Shown: positions 31,694-45,400 of the stretch, piece by piece | Position numbering within the stretch: position 1 is the first letter of the stretch | Layout: every line of letters starts with the position of its first letter | IMG/VR virus record: IMGVR_UViG_3300023371_000069 | Reading direction: 5' to 3' (one strand) | Origin: a virus | Taxonomy: Duplodnaviria; Heunggongvirae; Uroviricota; Caudoviricetes | Length of the DNA: 64,000 bases | Notes under the pieces: generated by a model | What the model was told of the DNA's origin: nothing | The model's input: the letters and a program-made list of their open reading frames with translations, nothing else | The model's database searches: none | Translations under genes and position numbers: made by a program

Positions 31694-34600
31694 TTATGCT
31701 GGTGTAAATACAACTGCAGACTCTTGACCTTCTTCTCCATATCCATTATAAATCATTTTTACATAACCAATTCTATAACCTACATCTTCAGTAGTATTTC
31801 CACTAGCAGAGCATGAGCCATAATAAGTAGCTCCATCAATTTCGATTGAGCAACTACCGCTAACACTTACTGGTATTTTTTTTGTCCATAAAGACATATA
31901 GCGCACTGAATCATAAGTTTTCTTTTCCATTGCTTTTCCATTATGACTTAATCCATTAGAACTAAAATTCCAATCTCCTGCAGTAATGCCTCCAGTAGTG
32001 AAGTCCATACCTGCAATTGTGCCAGAAGTAATATCAACATCATAAATATTAGCACTGCCGATAGACATCCAACTTAAAACACCACCATTAGCATTCAAAC
32101 GATTAAACGTAGCAGTACCACTTGCATCAATACTCCAACCATAAATACTACCGCCCTTTAAACTACCATCCCAACCAATTTGGAAATTATAATCTCCAAT
32201 TTCTCCTAGCTAAATTGGATATGTATCATGTAATGAATTAATTAATAATTCTTTACCCGCATTATTGGCATTGTATGCAGTAATACGACCATCATTTAAA
32301 TCAATTTCCATGCCAGTGCCATAAGTTTTATTTGCGGTTCCACCTTCTTGAAAATCAGTTAAACCTTCATACCAAATCCACTAGTCTTCTCCGATACAGT
32401 ACCAATCTCCCTGCTTTTCATATACAACCACTCTTTTTCCACTTGAAGAATAACCGATAATAGAATAATCCATACCAGGACCGCTTCTAATATTCCAGCC
32501 GCCGTCCATCTTAGCTGTCCGCTAAGTGGTGACTTGAGTAGTAGTTTCTAACCAATTTGCAGAATGTAAATAAAATTCATCTGGAGAAATTTTAATTAAA
32601 TCTAAATCAATTATACCATCACTGTCTGGAGTAGTTAAATGAACTACAAATTGCGGAGTCTAACTATCTAATAATAAATAAGAACCTGCAGTGGGGTCTG
32701 TGCTAGATTCACCTCGAATAATAAAATCATAAGCATCAATATAGCCACCCTACAAATCCAATCTAATACCAGAACCATAAGAACCAGTTTTAATAGAATA
32801 ATCAGGTAGCCAATGTTCAACTTCAAGTACTTCAATAGCATACCACTCTACTCCATCAACTGCTCTAGTTGCCTAAATATTAACACCTGCAACATGAGAA
32901 TCTTTGGTAAAACCAACTTTAATAGAATTATAATCAGAATCGCTATAAATAATTTGGTTTAAATAAGTTATACCAGTACCAATACCTTCATCATTTACCT
33001 CAATCGATTCAAAAGATAATGCTGGTATCCATTGCTCAGTGTTAATTTTATACCACATTATTCCATCAATTTTTTTACTTTCATATAAAGTAATAGAAGT
33101 ATGTTCTTCAGTCGTAACATTTTCACTTTTTTTATTAAAATTTGGTGCAGTATAAATAATATGTCCTTTTTCAGCTTTACCGACCTGTATATCAAAACTC
33201 ATACTATAATCTTGATTATAACACTTTGTTATAGTAATATATTCTCGAATTTTATAATTATCAGTTTGCAGGAAAAATTCATCCTTATTAATATTTACTA
33301 TTGATTGATAATTACCTCTAATATCAAATAAAAAATTATTTCCATCAGTATCAATTTTCATACCTGGATAATAATATTGTTTACCATTATCATCAGTTAG
33401 CCTATCTCCAAGAGCATATCTTGAATATGTATGAGATTGAATATAAAAATCCTATTGTCCAGCATAAATTAAATTACATCCATCATTATCTTTAATAATA
33501 AAAAATGGGTCAGCATTTTTACCAGAATCAATAAATACATTTTTTGAAGCAATGCTTAAATTTGCTGCATTAATGTGTCCATTTGTTAAATCAAGTAAAA
33601 AGCCTGAACCTTGACCGCTTGCAATACCATCCTCTTTACTAAAAGCAGTATAAGTAAAATCATTAGATTTTAAATAATAACCTTTAGAAAGGTTTCTTCC
33701 ATAAGGTTCAAGCCAATTCGTTTTTTGTGTACCAGTACCAATAAAACCAGTTTTTTGAATATATTCAACTTCATAAGTCTTATCAATAAAAGTTTCAGCA
33801 TTTTCTTCTGTCCAAGTATTTAAATATGCTAATTTCTTAGTACGATAATCCTCAATATCTAAACAAATATTATCATAATCTTTTTGAGTAATGCTCTTTT
33901 TTATCTAAAAACGATTATAAGCATCACTTCTTAAAATTGAACATTCAGAATTTAATAATTCTTTAGCCTCATCTATATCTTCAATTTTAATAGTTGAACC
34001 AGTTTCATCAGTTAAATTAACTAAAAGAATTGTTCCATCTTTATCTCGCTGGAACTTTTCAATTGAATATTGTAAATATGGATAATCTTCAAAGTCAAAT
34101 CCAGTGCCATCACCAATATTTAAAATACGTTTACCCTATTCGCTAATAATATAGAAATAAGGAGATTTAACATCTAAACGAATATGACTTTGATTTGTAA
34201 CCTCAACTTCAGTTAAAGTAACATCACTAGCTTCTTCTGAATCTCCAAGAACTTTATGACCTTGAGCCTCAAACTCTTGTAAAGCTTTAGAAAGAGTACC
34301 ATATCTACTCTTATAATTAAATTTTCTACCTTCAGCATCAGTTTTTAATTCACCATCATAAGTTTCTGCTAAAATATATTCATCTAATTCATTTAAAATA
34401 GCATTATATTGTTCTATGGTTAATTCATAATCTTTGTCATTAATAGAGAAACCTCTTCCAATACTAGCAGTTTTTAATGTAGTCATTGCATAGTATTTTT
34501 TCTCTTGCTCTTTAGCATAAAGCTCATCAAATAACTTTTGATATTCTTCTTGAGTTATCTCTCCGTTATCTTTAGCTTTTTTGGCAATGGCTCGACCCTC

Positions 34601-37600
34601 AATATACATATTTGCTTGATGAGCAGCATCATACTTAATCTTTTCAAGCAATGCTTCTTGAACATCCAAATCCATTATATCTCTATCAATAATATATTTT
34701 GTAGTTGCTACTAATGCTTGAGTATTTTCATCAACTTTATATACTTTTGCGGCAAGGATTTCCTTATAATGATTGACAACCTCATTTGCCCAATCATCAT
34801 TATCATACTCTAGGCCGCCTCGCATTTCAAGCCAACCATCATCAAAGTCAAGTTTCATACCATAAGGTTTATCTTCATTTGCTGTATAAGAAGCGCTTTG
34901 AATAATACCTTCATTACCATTAAATAAAATTCTACCTCTACCAGATTTACCAATAAAACCTGTACCATCGACATTAAAACCAAAACTTTGAGCGCCATCA
35001 TTAAAACCATAAATACCTAAACCAGATTTATTACCAGCATTTACGATTCCGGCACTGCCTTCGATATCTCCCATGAGTACACCTTCAAAAGTATTATCAC
35101 GAGTTTTTCGACCAGCACCTACTAATGATGATAATATTGTACCATTTTTTTTGTCAATTGTCAAGCTTCCATCCCAAGAGTTCAGCATTGGAGACGGATA
35201 GCGATTTTGTAAGATAAAAATAGGTTGAACCCAAATTAAAGAATATTTAGTATCATAAGTAGCAGTTTCAAGGTCTTTTAACCAACACTCAACTGCGCAC
35301 CAACAATCCATATTGCCCATGTACATATTTGATGCATTTAAACCATTTTTCTCATTTAAAGTGGGCATATAACTACGACAAATATTATAATCAGCATGGA
35401 TATTTTTATCTAGTTTTACAACCTTACCATCTTTATCTTTTTTATAATAAACAATTCGCCACAGGATATCATATTTTGGCTTATCAGATTCCACACCTGC
35501 ACGAATAATCTTCTTGTCTGCAAGGTTTTCATTTGTATTACAAGTAAAAATCTTATATGGGTCTTTATAATAAGAAGGATTACTTCCCATACTATCATAA
35601 ACAATAGTTGTTGCACCTTCAATATAGTAATTACCAGCACTGTATGGAATTGGATAATAAGAAGTTAAAGTTGCATTTCTACTTGCTGTTTTATTAGCGT
35701 TTTCCTTATTTTCTTGTTCATCCTCTTCTGTATTTACAGTGTATTCGATAGGGCAATCAACAGTTGCTTTTAAAACACCATAAATTAAACTATTATTATC
35801 CTATGGCTAAGTTGTTAATTGAATATTCGCTCCAACGATATTATCATCGGCATCAGATAATGTAGCAAAATCATAGGAGTGTGGTCCTTCCCAACCTAAC
35901 TTAAAGTTAGATGCTCCATCTTTTACTGTCGATAATAAATTTGTAGTCATAGGAATAGTATTATTTTTATAATCATATAAAACAATATTTAATGGCAAAT
36001 ATCCAGAAGCATAAGTTGCAATTTGAGTTGTAGAAGGAGTAATTGCCAATGTATAATCAGTACCACTGGTTCCAAGAGACGTAAATGCCAAAACAATACT
36101 TGTCTCAAATGTATATTCATCCTTTACTACCTTACAGAAAATTTCATTGCGGCTTGAGGTAGATAAATAATAATCTTTAATCTTATAAGTGAATGTTAAA
36201 TCACTTGCTTTTGCAGTAACTTTTTCTCCAGATTCAACCTCTTCTGTTTCTGGGTCATCTGTAATTTGCACTGTTTCTACACCAATTGTTTTATAATAAC
36301 AAGTATAACCATTTCTACTATAATCAGGTTTTTCTCCGTCTGAAATATTTAAATCAGAATAAAAACCTAAAGTTTCAGTTAAATGCTTATCATCGCAAGT
36401 TAACATAGTAGCAGTATTTGGAATATACCAATATACTTGTGTATTAGCTAAAGCTTCATCTCCTGCAAGAATACCTTCATAATGCACAGATAATTCTCGC
36501 ACCTTACTTGCGTCGGCCGCATTTACCAAGAAATTACTTAAACCATAACTCTGGTAAGTATCTTGTGAATTCGTGCCGTGAGTAATAACAATAGCATCAT
36601 TCTTATCTGCTGTGGTTGGGTCAACTACATCATCTAAATTAGTAAATTCTACTTCATTACTTTCATACATTTCGTGATTATAGAATAAAACAATTTTATA
36701 TTTTTCATTTACTCTCTGTCCATCCATCATGCGAATTGCAGAGACATTGGTTCCTTGAACCTTATCAGAAAAATAGTATTGTCCATCTCTTAAAACAAAA
36801 TCATCATAAATTGGTAATCCAAAGTTATATACTAATTCATCAGACTCATCAATACCGAAATCAGCTTTTGTCGTTAAACGTTTCCATTCAGTTGGATATA
36901 ATCTATCATCACTTGTGTATCCAGGCTCATATCTATACCAATAGATTGCATAACGATTATCATAGTTAGATAAATCTTTTTTATTATAATCTAAATATAC
37001 GCGGCCATTATTATAAGGTCTCATGTCTACCATAATAGCATTATTGTCATCAACAATTGCCCACATTTTATTTAAATTCTCATTAATTTGAACAATTATT
37101 TTATCAGCCTTAGTTTTATAAGTATCATAAATACCTTGATAACCACTATAATTTGCATCAATTGTAGTTTGAGCATTTGTAAAAAAGTTAGTTATCATTG
37201 GAATTAAAGAAGACTTAAAACTATTTTGAATATTTAAATATAAATCAGATTTATTCCAAGCTTGTAAATGCTCTCCCATTTTCTCTCTAAGGATAGCATC
37301 AGTTTCTTGCTCTGCAGGAAGTTTCTTTAAATTTTCCTAATGTAAATAATTATATTCTAGAAGTTCTGTATAAACACCATACATTTCTTCTCTCATTGCA
37401 TCAGTAAAATCATACCAAGCAAGAATGTTATTTCTTTCCGTACCGTGGATTTGTCCTGCGGCATCCTTGGTAGGAGTTAATAGTAATGCATTTAAAGCCG
37501 TAGTGATATCTGCGATAGAGTTCGTGCGGTCGCGCATTTGACGGAGCACCGCAGTTAAATCTTTGGTAACTAAATCAAAAGTTTTAGTCATTAAAGGCTT

Positions 37601-39337
37601 AACTTCAGCCAAATCTGCAGATAATTTTAAACTCTTAGCATCAGAAGGAACGCCTTCTTTGCCGGCTTGTGCGGTTAAACGAGCATCTGTTTCGCTTTCT
37701 TCCATATATTTAAACTCATCATATGGAGCGACTTTTTGTATCATTACATCTTGCTATTTCTTCTAAAGAACATAGGTTTTTTGAACTCTATAATTTCTTA
37801 ATTCAGCACGCTTATTGTTATATAAATCATTAACTTTTGCTATTTCTTTATTATATCTCTAATTTGCTTCATCGCCTTCGCCAAAAGCACCAGCTTCGAA
37901 TTGTAATCTTAAACCCTCCAATTCTGCACTACGCTGGCTCTCAATAGCTTGCTCAAGCTCTTCATTAGAATAATTAGTATTAAGATAAGTCCGTTTAACT
38001 CGCTCATAATTATCAATATCTGATTTACGAGCTATGAACTCATTAAAACCAATTTCTTCATTGTCATATTGAATTTGTAATTGGAGTTTTAAATTACTAA
38101 CCTCATTTGCTAAAATGATTAAAGCATCGTCAATAGTGATTTTTAAATCATCAAAAGAAATTTCATATCCATCATCATCTAATACAGAGACTAGGATAAC
38201 ATTATCCTTATCATCCTTAGCAAATTCTAAAATAGCTCGTTTCTTTTCATCAAGAACATCTTGAGTTACTTTATTCTAATTTTTATCAAGCTTATTGGTA
38301 TAAACAACATTTCCATCCTTATATTCAAAATCAACAATGCCATCGCTGTATCCCAAATATTGATTGTTTTCATCTTTGTTATACCACAAAAATCCTAATC
38401 CTTTTTCATTATCTGCTTTAGTAACAATTAATCTATAAGTAGAAGAATTGGTTGTAAAAGCTTGAATTGTATTATCTTGAACAATAGTCAAATCGCTACC
38501 AAATCCAATTTTAATATCTCTCAATAAAATATTTTCTCTTGGAATTTTTTTATAATCAATATTAACTGTTTGTCTTTGATTTGAATCATAATAAGAAAAA
38601 TCTCCTCGTTGATAAAACCATAAACTTAATTTTTCAACGGCACCAAGCTGACTTAAATCATATTTTCTACTCTGGGGAGAATATAGTGTAAAAGCATATG
38701 GATTACCAAACATTTCAGAACTATCCATATACACAGAGCGAACAATATATTTTTCACTACTTGGATTTAATTTTACATATACATCTAGGCGCAATCCAAA
38801 AGAGCCTGAACGCATATCATAGTTATCTAATAAAGTTTTAAAATTAGCAGATAAACTAATAGTATTATAAATGCCACTGGCTTGTAAATCTTTATAAGAT
38901 TGGTCTAAAGCCAAATCCGCACTCCAAATCGGAATTTCTGATACTGTACCATTTGAAATTAAACCATATTGAGCATTAGCTTTGGCTTCACTAATCATAT
39001 TTCCAGTAACATCAATAACCGTATCTAGAGGAGAAACATAAGTAATGGGAGTAATAGCATCATCTACTACATATTTACCTACGATAAATTTCTTTTGAGT
39101 ATAATCTCCATTTAAAATAGAAACTCTGACACTCTCACCTTTTTTATATTCTTCTGACTCACTAAATGCTTCATATCTAGTTTCACCATTGTTTGGAGAA
39201 ACCCAATAGTGACCATTTTTAGCATCTCTATCATCAGTAATAATACAAACATCGGTTTTATCATAATTCATATTTTGCAAGCGCTAATCTAAAATAATAT
39301 CTAGTGCTTGAAATAGATTATCAACTTCAATTGCCAT
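31694..39337 (-). CDS. Large central tail fibre/tail tip protein with tandem SH3b-like domains (2547 aa with TAG=Gln)
   Basis: One frame from the ATG at 39337 to the TAA at 31694, containing 17 TAGs and no TAA/TGA (checked codon by codon in the gaps between ORF fragments). Motifs GVLMGD...GIYGFNDG...FGFNVDGTGFIG and GWNIRSGPGMDYSIIG...GDWYCIGED(Q)WIW. Confidence 0.8.
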
Positions 39338-39370
39338 AAATACTCAAACTCTCCTTTCTCTCCTTAATCT

Positions 39371-39399
39371 ATTATACTATAAAATTTGTGAAAAGTCAA
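39371..39399 (-). promoter_or_regulatory. Sigma-A/70-type promoter
   Basis: TTGACT, 17-nt spacer, TATAAT. Intergenic, between a terminator and the SD of the 2547-aa gene. Confidence 0.75.
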
Positions 39400-39419
39400 T
39401 TTTTTTAATTAGACCAAAT

Positions 39420-39455
39420 AAAGAAAAGGGTAGGTTATATTTCTATAACCTACCC
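39420..39455 (-). terminator. Intrinsic terminator after the tape measure gene
   Basis: 12-bp perfect stem gggtaggttata/tataacctaccc with a GAAA tetraloop on the minus strand and a T-rich tail. Confidence 0.85.
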
Positions 39456-39461
39456 AAAAAT

Positions 39462-42400
39462 TTATTTACGATTAGCATATTGAGATGCTCTATTGATAAG
39501 AGTATTAAATGCTTCTTCGATTTCGTTTCTATCTTGTACTCCTGGGAAACTAGCTTCAATATGTACTTGTTGTTCAAGGACATCTCCACCGCCCATATTT
39601 CCAAGAGACGGACTAGATAAAGCTCCACCAAGCTGAGAATTCATACTATACAAATCAATAGCAGAAACAATCTTATCAAGAATATCCATTGCTTGCAAGA
39701 AGTTTTCAGTATCATTTGCATTTAGCACCAATTCTTTTTGGTGTAACATTGCTAACTTACCATAAGAACCTTCCCAGTCTCCAGTGTAGCCACCAGTAGC
39801 AAAGCCCTCTAGGTCAGTTTTCTTAATCCAACCTGTAATGCCAGAAGCACTATAGTTAGGACCTGAAGGGTCTCCAATAAGAACTTTTTCTCCATTAATT
39901 TTCTTAACTTTGAAATTGTTGCCCTTAACTGGATTCCAAATACCTTCTCCAGTAGCCCATCTGCTTGCGCTCTTCTTAACGGTAACTGTAGAACCAACCT
40001 TTAATTCAGGAACAGTGGCCTCCTCAGGTTCAGGCTCTGGTTCAGGAACTGGTTCTTCTGGCTCGGGTTCAGGGTCTGGAGTAATCGCAGGAGTAACTTC
40101 AGGAGTATTTTCATTGGTATAATCTTCATTAATTACACCCATCATTTCTTCATACTTCTTAATAACTTCATCAATTTGATTTTGAATGCCAATATAAGCT
40201 TCACTTAACTTACCCGCAGCTTCAACTTCAGACATCATTGCACCAACAACGCCGCTCTCGCCATCTTCACCAATTAGAGTATTTTTCAAATTCTCACTCT
40301 TGGTATTGATTTCTTCAACCTTTTTACTTACGTCATCAAGACCAGATTCCTCAAGAACGGTTCCACAAACTTCAGCCCAGGTCTTCATGCTTTCAGCAGC
40401 TCCGGCAAAGTAATCATCAGTTGCGACTTTCCAATCTTCAGTCTTATACATCATATCACTAAAGTCAGTACTCCAAGCATCTTTGATAACATTACTATCA
40501 GTAGTTAATGCTACTTGATATAAGCTTGAATATTGCTTTAATTTCTCATAATAATAATCCTGAATTTCAGCCTTGCGTCTTTGATATTCTTCTTCAGACT
40601 CAATTTCACCATTCATCCACATTTCTGTTAATTCAGTAATAGCATCTTGAGCTTCTTGCATGGTTTCAGCATACTTTTGACTATAATCATTAGCACCTTC
40701 TAATCCAAGATTATAAAGAGCATTTTGCTTATCTGCCAATTCTTGTTCGGCCTCACCGACCGCAGACTGGTCCGCAGTATAAACATAACCAAAATTGCCT
40801 TCACTATCGCGCTGTAAGCGAACAGTAGATTTAGCACTTTGAGCTTCCTCTAATGCAATTTCAGCCAAAAGTAAATCATACTTGGCCTACTGGATATCTA
40901 ACTCATATTGACTTAACTCAGTTTGATTTTGCATCTATTCTGTTTCATTAATGAAATTAGCCAACTTTCGCTTTGCTACAGAGTTAGTAGTTTTATCAAT
41001 TTCTTGTTGAGCTTGACGCATCAATTTATTAGTTTCATAAATTTGATTTGTAGTTGTTAGATATTCTTCTTGTAGACTACTGCGGCGCTCCATAGAAGTT
41101 AATAACTCATCAAATGAAGTTCCGCCCGTTAAAGACTCTTCCATGGTCTTAGCTAATCCAGCTAATTCATTTTCAATAACTGCCTTCATTGCTTCAGCCC
41201 ACTCTTCAGTCTTACTTAACATATTTTCTTGAGCTTCATTAGCTGCCTCTTGGGCCGCAATCCAATTCTTTTTATAAGTTTCATACTCATTAGAACCTTC
41301 AATTGCTGTTGCCATTTTAGCAGCCCAATCTTCAGCTTCGGCATTAGACTTTTCATAAAGTTTTTGTTGGACTTGCATTTCATTGCGAAGATTTGCGGCT
41401 TTGGATTGTAAAACTTTACCCTTGGTTGCATAATCTTCTTGCTTACCAACTAATTCAAGAATATTAGAATAATGGTCGAGAACAGAATTTAACTCTTCCA
41501 TTTCATCTGTATACAAAGAAATTTCTTCAAGAGCCATATCCATTACTTCACCATAATACTCTTGCATAGCTTTCTTTTGTTCTTCTAATGCCTATAAGTT
41601 TTCAATGGTTGCACTTTGAGCTTCACGCAAACCTTCCTTATATGCATCCATAGAAATTTCACCAGCATAATAAGCCCTAGTTAATTCATTAACATATTCT
41701 TCTTGATGCTTTAAATTATCAGTATAAATATCGGCTTGTCCAGCTAAATATCCAAAAGCTTCTGCAGTTTTATAAATATTACCTTCAGCTTTGCCCATAT
41801 AATATTCTAATAATTCAAGTTCAGAATCATTAATTTCAATTTCATATTCAAGTTTATAATTTAATTGTTCATAATTGTTATCTTGCCATTCGTAAATTTT
41901 ATCTTGAATATCATTGTCTAAATCTTCAATTAATTCACGAGTTTCATCATATTGGTCAATTGCTTCTTTTACTTTATCAATACGCTCTTGAATTTTATCA
42001 ATTTTTTCTTGTTCATCTTCATCAGCATTACCATCAGCATTGGCCGCTTCTATAGCAGCATCAATTTCATTATATAAATCAGTTAAAACTTCATCATATC
42101 TAGTGAAATTGCCTTCTGCGTCAAAATCTGCGTCTGTAATTGTAACTCCTGCTTCTGCACTAATAGTATCTTTCAAAGCTTTTTTATCAATATCAAGATT
42201 ATCTTGTGCTTCTTTTCGTTTTTTCTTTAATGCATCAATTTCTTCTTCTAAAGCATCATTAACTTTTTTCATTTGCTTTAAACGTGCAGGACCCCATAGA
42301 CGGTCAGCAGCCTTAGAAGCATCATCCATTTTATCTGCAATGTCATCAAGTTTATCGTCAATTTCTTTATATCGGTCAACAACATCAGTTTTCTTTACTT

Positions 42401-45400
42401 TGTCGGCTTTCTTTGGCTTGGAGCCGCCACCGCCTCCTCCGCCACCGCCTTTATTGGCTTTAGCATCAGCGACACCACCACCGCCGCCTTTATATTTAGA
42501 ACTACCGATTTTTGGAACATATACATATTGTTCACCACTAATATCCATGTCAGATGTAATTGGCACATATTCAATGCTTCCATCAACACCTGCAACTTGA
42601 ATATAACCCTATTGGCTTTGACGGGCAAAAGAACTAACTGCTACTTGTTCATATTCAATAATTGGTTCATAACCAATACCTGATAAAATGTCATTCATTT
42701 GTTCTACAGTTACTGCGCCAGAATCCAATAATCCCTATAAACCAGCTGCAAATCCAGTGGAATCTAAAGTTGCTCCAACTTCAATATCATCCAAATTAAC
42801 ATTGGCTAAAAAATTATTAACTTCTGTCATAACTTGACCCTAAGCAGATTCATCAAGTACAACCTTCATAACAATTTCTTCTGTTATTTTTGCTCTTAAA
42901 GCTTCATAAGCTCCATCAACTTCATTATAAACGTCTTGAATTAAATTCCAATTATCTTGAGCAAAATTATCTGGTAATAAAGCAAATTCTTCATCAGATA
43001 AGTCCATCATATCTTGTAACATAGAATTTACTTTTGGCATAACTTTATTAATATCTTTTAAACTAGCTTCATTATCTGATAAAACTTTGTCCCAATCTTC
43101 ATAACTTTCAACCAACTCAGTGCATCCTTTTTCCATCCGATACTGAGCTAAAGCAAATTTTTGAGCTTCTTGTCGATTTTCTTCTAAGAATTTACCAGAT
43201 TCAATTAATGCATCAACATAATTATTAAGTTCTTCAGTGTCGAAACCCTCAGCTTCAACTTCTTTTTCAAAAGCACCCTAGGCAGCTTTATCATATGCTT
43301 CTACAGAAATCTTACCATCTTGCAACATCTAATCTAATTCATCTAAAGATGTAGCCGTAGATGCAATAGCCTCTTTACTTTGTTCAATTTCTGTATTATT
43401 AGCATCCAGCTATTGTGTTAAATATTCTTCTGCAGCTGCTGCTCCGCCAAGAGACGTTGTTTGTTCATTCACAGCAGTTGTCAATGCTTTAACATCTAAA
43501 GTGCCAGCCTACATATCATCACGCCATTGTTGAACTTGAGCGGGGTCATAGCCAGTCTACTCTAAGAAATTTAATTGAGCATTAGCTACATCAGTATTCT
43601 AAACAAATTGTCCATTTCCAGTGTAAACATGACCACCCATTGTAGTACTATCCATCTTACCCAAAGAGCTAATATCATGATTTAATACATTTTCAATTTC
43701 TGCATTATCTTCAGTTTTTGCAGTAATTGTATTTTCAAAACCTTCCAACTACTATTCATTAACAGCAGCATAGAAAGCTTCTGCATCACCAATTAATTTA
43801 TAAGTACCATCAGCCATTCGCATGAAATAATCTTCCATACCTGGACCCAATTCTTTAAATTGCTCAGCTGTAATAGTATCACCAGATTTTAATGAATCAA
43901 CAATCTCAGATAATGTTTTATATTTATTTGCAGCATTTTCGAAGCCCATAGCTCCTTCGTTCATTACATTAATTAAATTATTTAATTCATCAGCAGTATA
44001 ATGAGTAGCAACACCCGCGGCATCCAATGCGTCTTGTAAAGTCTCTGGGGTAGCAGTGCTCCAGTCTATAGTTCCAAGAGCATTTGCAAATTCGTCAGAA
44101 TATTCACCAGCATCAGTAAACATCTTAGCCAATACATCCATACCAGCCTATCCACTAGTTGCATATGCAGTTTCAAAAGCATTTGCTAAATTTTCTGACT
44201 GTCCAAGAGTTAGATTATCTAACTCTCCATTATCAAACATGGTTTGCATCTAATCAGAAACGGAGTCAACATAATTTCCCATTAAAGATTGCCATTCACC
44301 AGCAAAGCTCTCTGTAGCAGAAGCAAATGATTCTCCAAAAGCTGCCGCACTTTCAAAGCCCATCGCTTGAGCTTCTTCATCAGTAACCATAGCAGCAACT
44401 TCATCTGCACTCATACCCTACTAACCAATAGTTAATTTTTCTGTATCTCCAGTAATAGCAGTACTAATAACACCTTTATTTTCATCAGCTCGTGCCATTA
44501 CTTGATTCATAGTATCTACAAGATTTAATGCATTTTCTTCCATACCCTCTTGCGCGTACATTTCACGCATTTGAGCTTCTACTTGCTCTGGAGTTAACTC
44601 AATTGGATTTCCGTCAGCATCCAAGAACTCTTGCTTACCATCTAACCAAGTACCTATACCATTATTGGTATAGCCCATCATTTCAGCATAAGCATCATAC
44701 ATTTGGTCTTGAGTCATTCCGTCAAGCTTATCTTGAGCTTCTGATTCCTCAGTCCCTTGAGTATTTAATGCAGCTTCTAATAACTCATCTTGATATTCAC
44801 TGTCCTAAAATGCAGTTTCATCACTCAAATTTTGCGCCAACTATGCTTTTGTAGCAGCTTCATTGGCCGCTGCGTTTGCTAAAATTGCTGCATTTGCTTC
44901 AGATAGGGCCGCGGAATTTTCCATTAATGCATTTATAAAATCTTGCTAATAAGTTGTTAATGCATCTGGGTCCCATCCCATTGTTGCTGCAATATTTTTT
45001 TCACCTTCAGCGAAATAAGCATCAGAACCACCTTCTGCATTTCTGGCCGCAGCTAATACAGTTTCAATATTAGTATCAGAGATTAAATAATTCTAATAAT
45101 CAGACCCATAATACATGGAATCCTTATTAGCTTCTTTTCGAATATTAGAAATAGTAACATCGTCTTCTTTTTCATTCTCATATTTCTAAGCGCCTGTTAA
45201 TGCACTAGAAGTTTTTTCAACTCTTTCACGATGTTCATCTTTCTTTGTCTAAAGAGCATTTTCATCAATTTGAATTAAACCATTTTCATCCACATGGAAC
45301 TAATCACTTGTTAATTCATAAGTATCAATTAATTCTCTTGCCGCAGCATTAGCCTCCATGAGAGCTTCCGTATATTCCTCGGTACCCTTAGCTAATCCTT

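Noticed and set aside
42420-42490. Poly-Gly (GGC/GGT/GGA) tract in the tape measure gene as a contingency locus
   Set aside because: It is an in-frame, mixed-codon low-complexity linker, not a pure homopolymer or perfect microsatellite.
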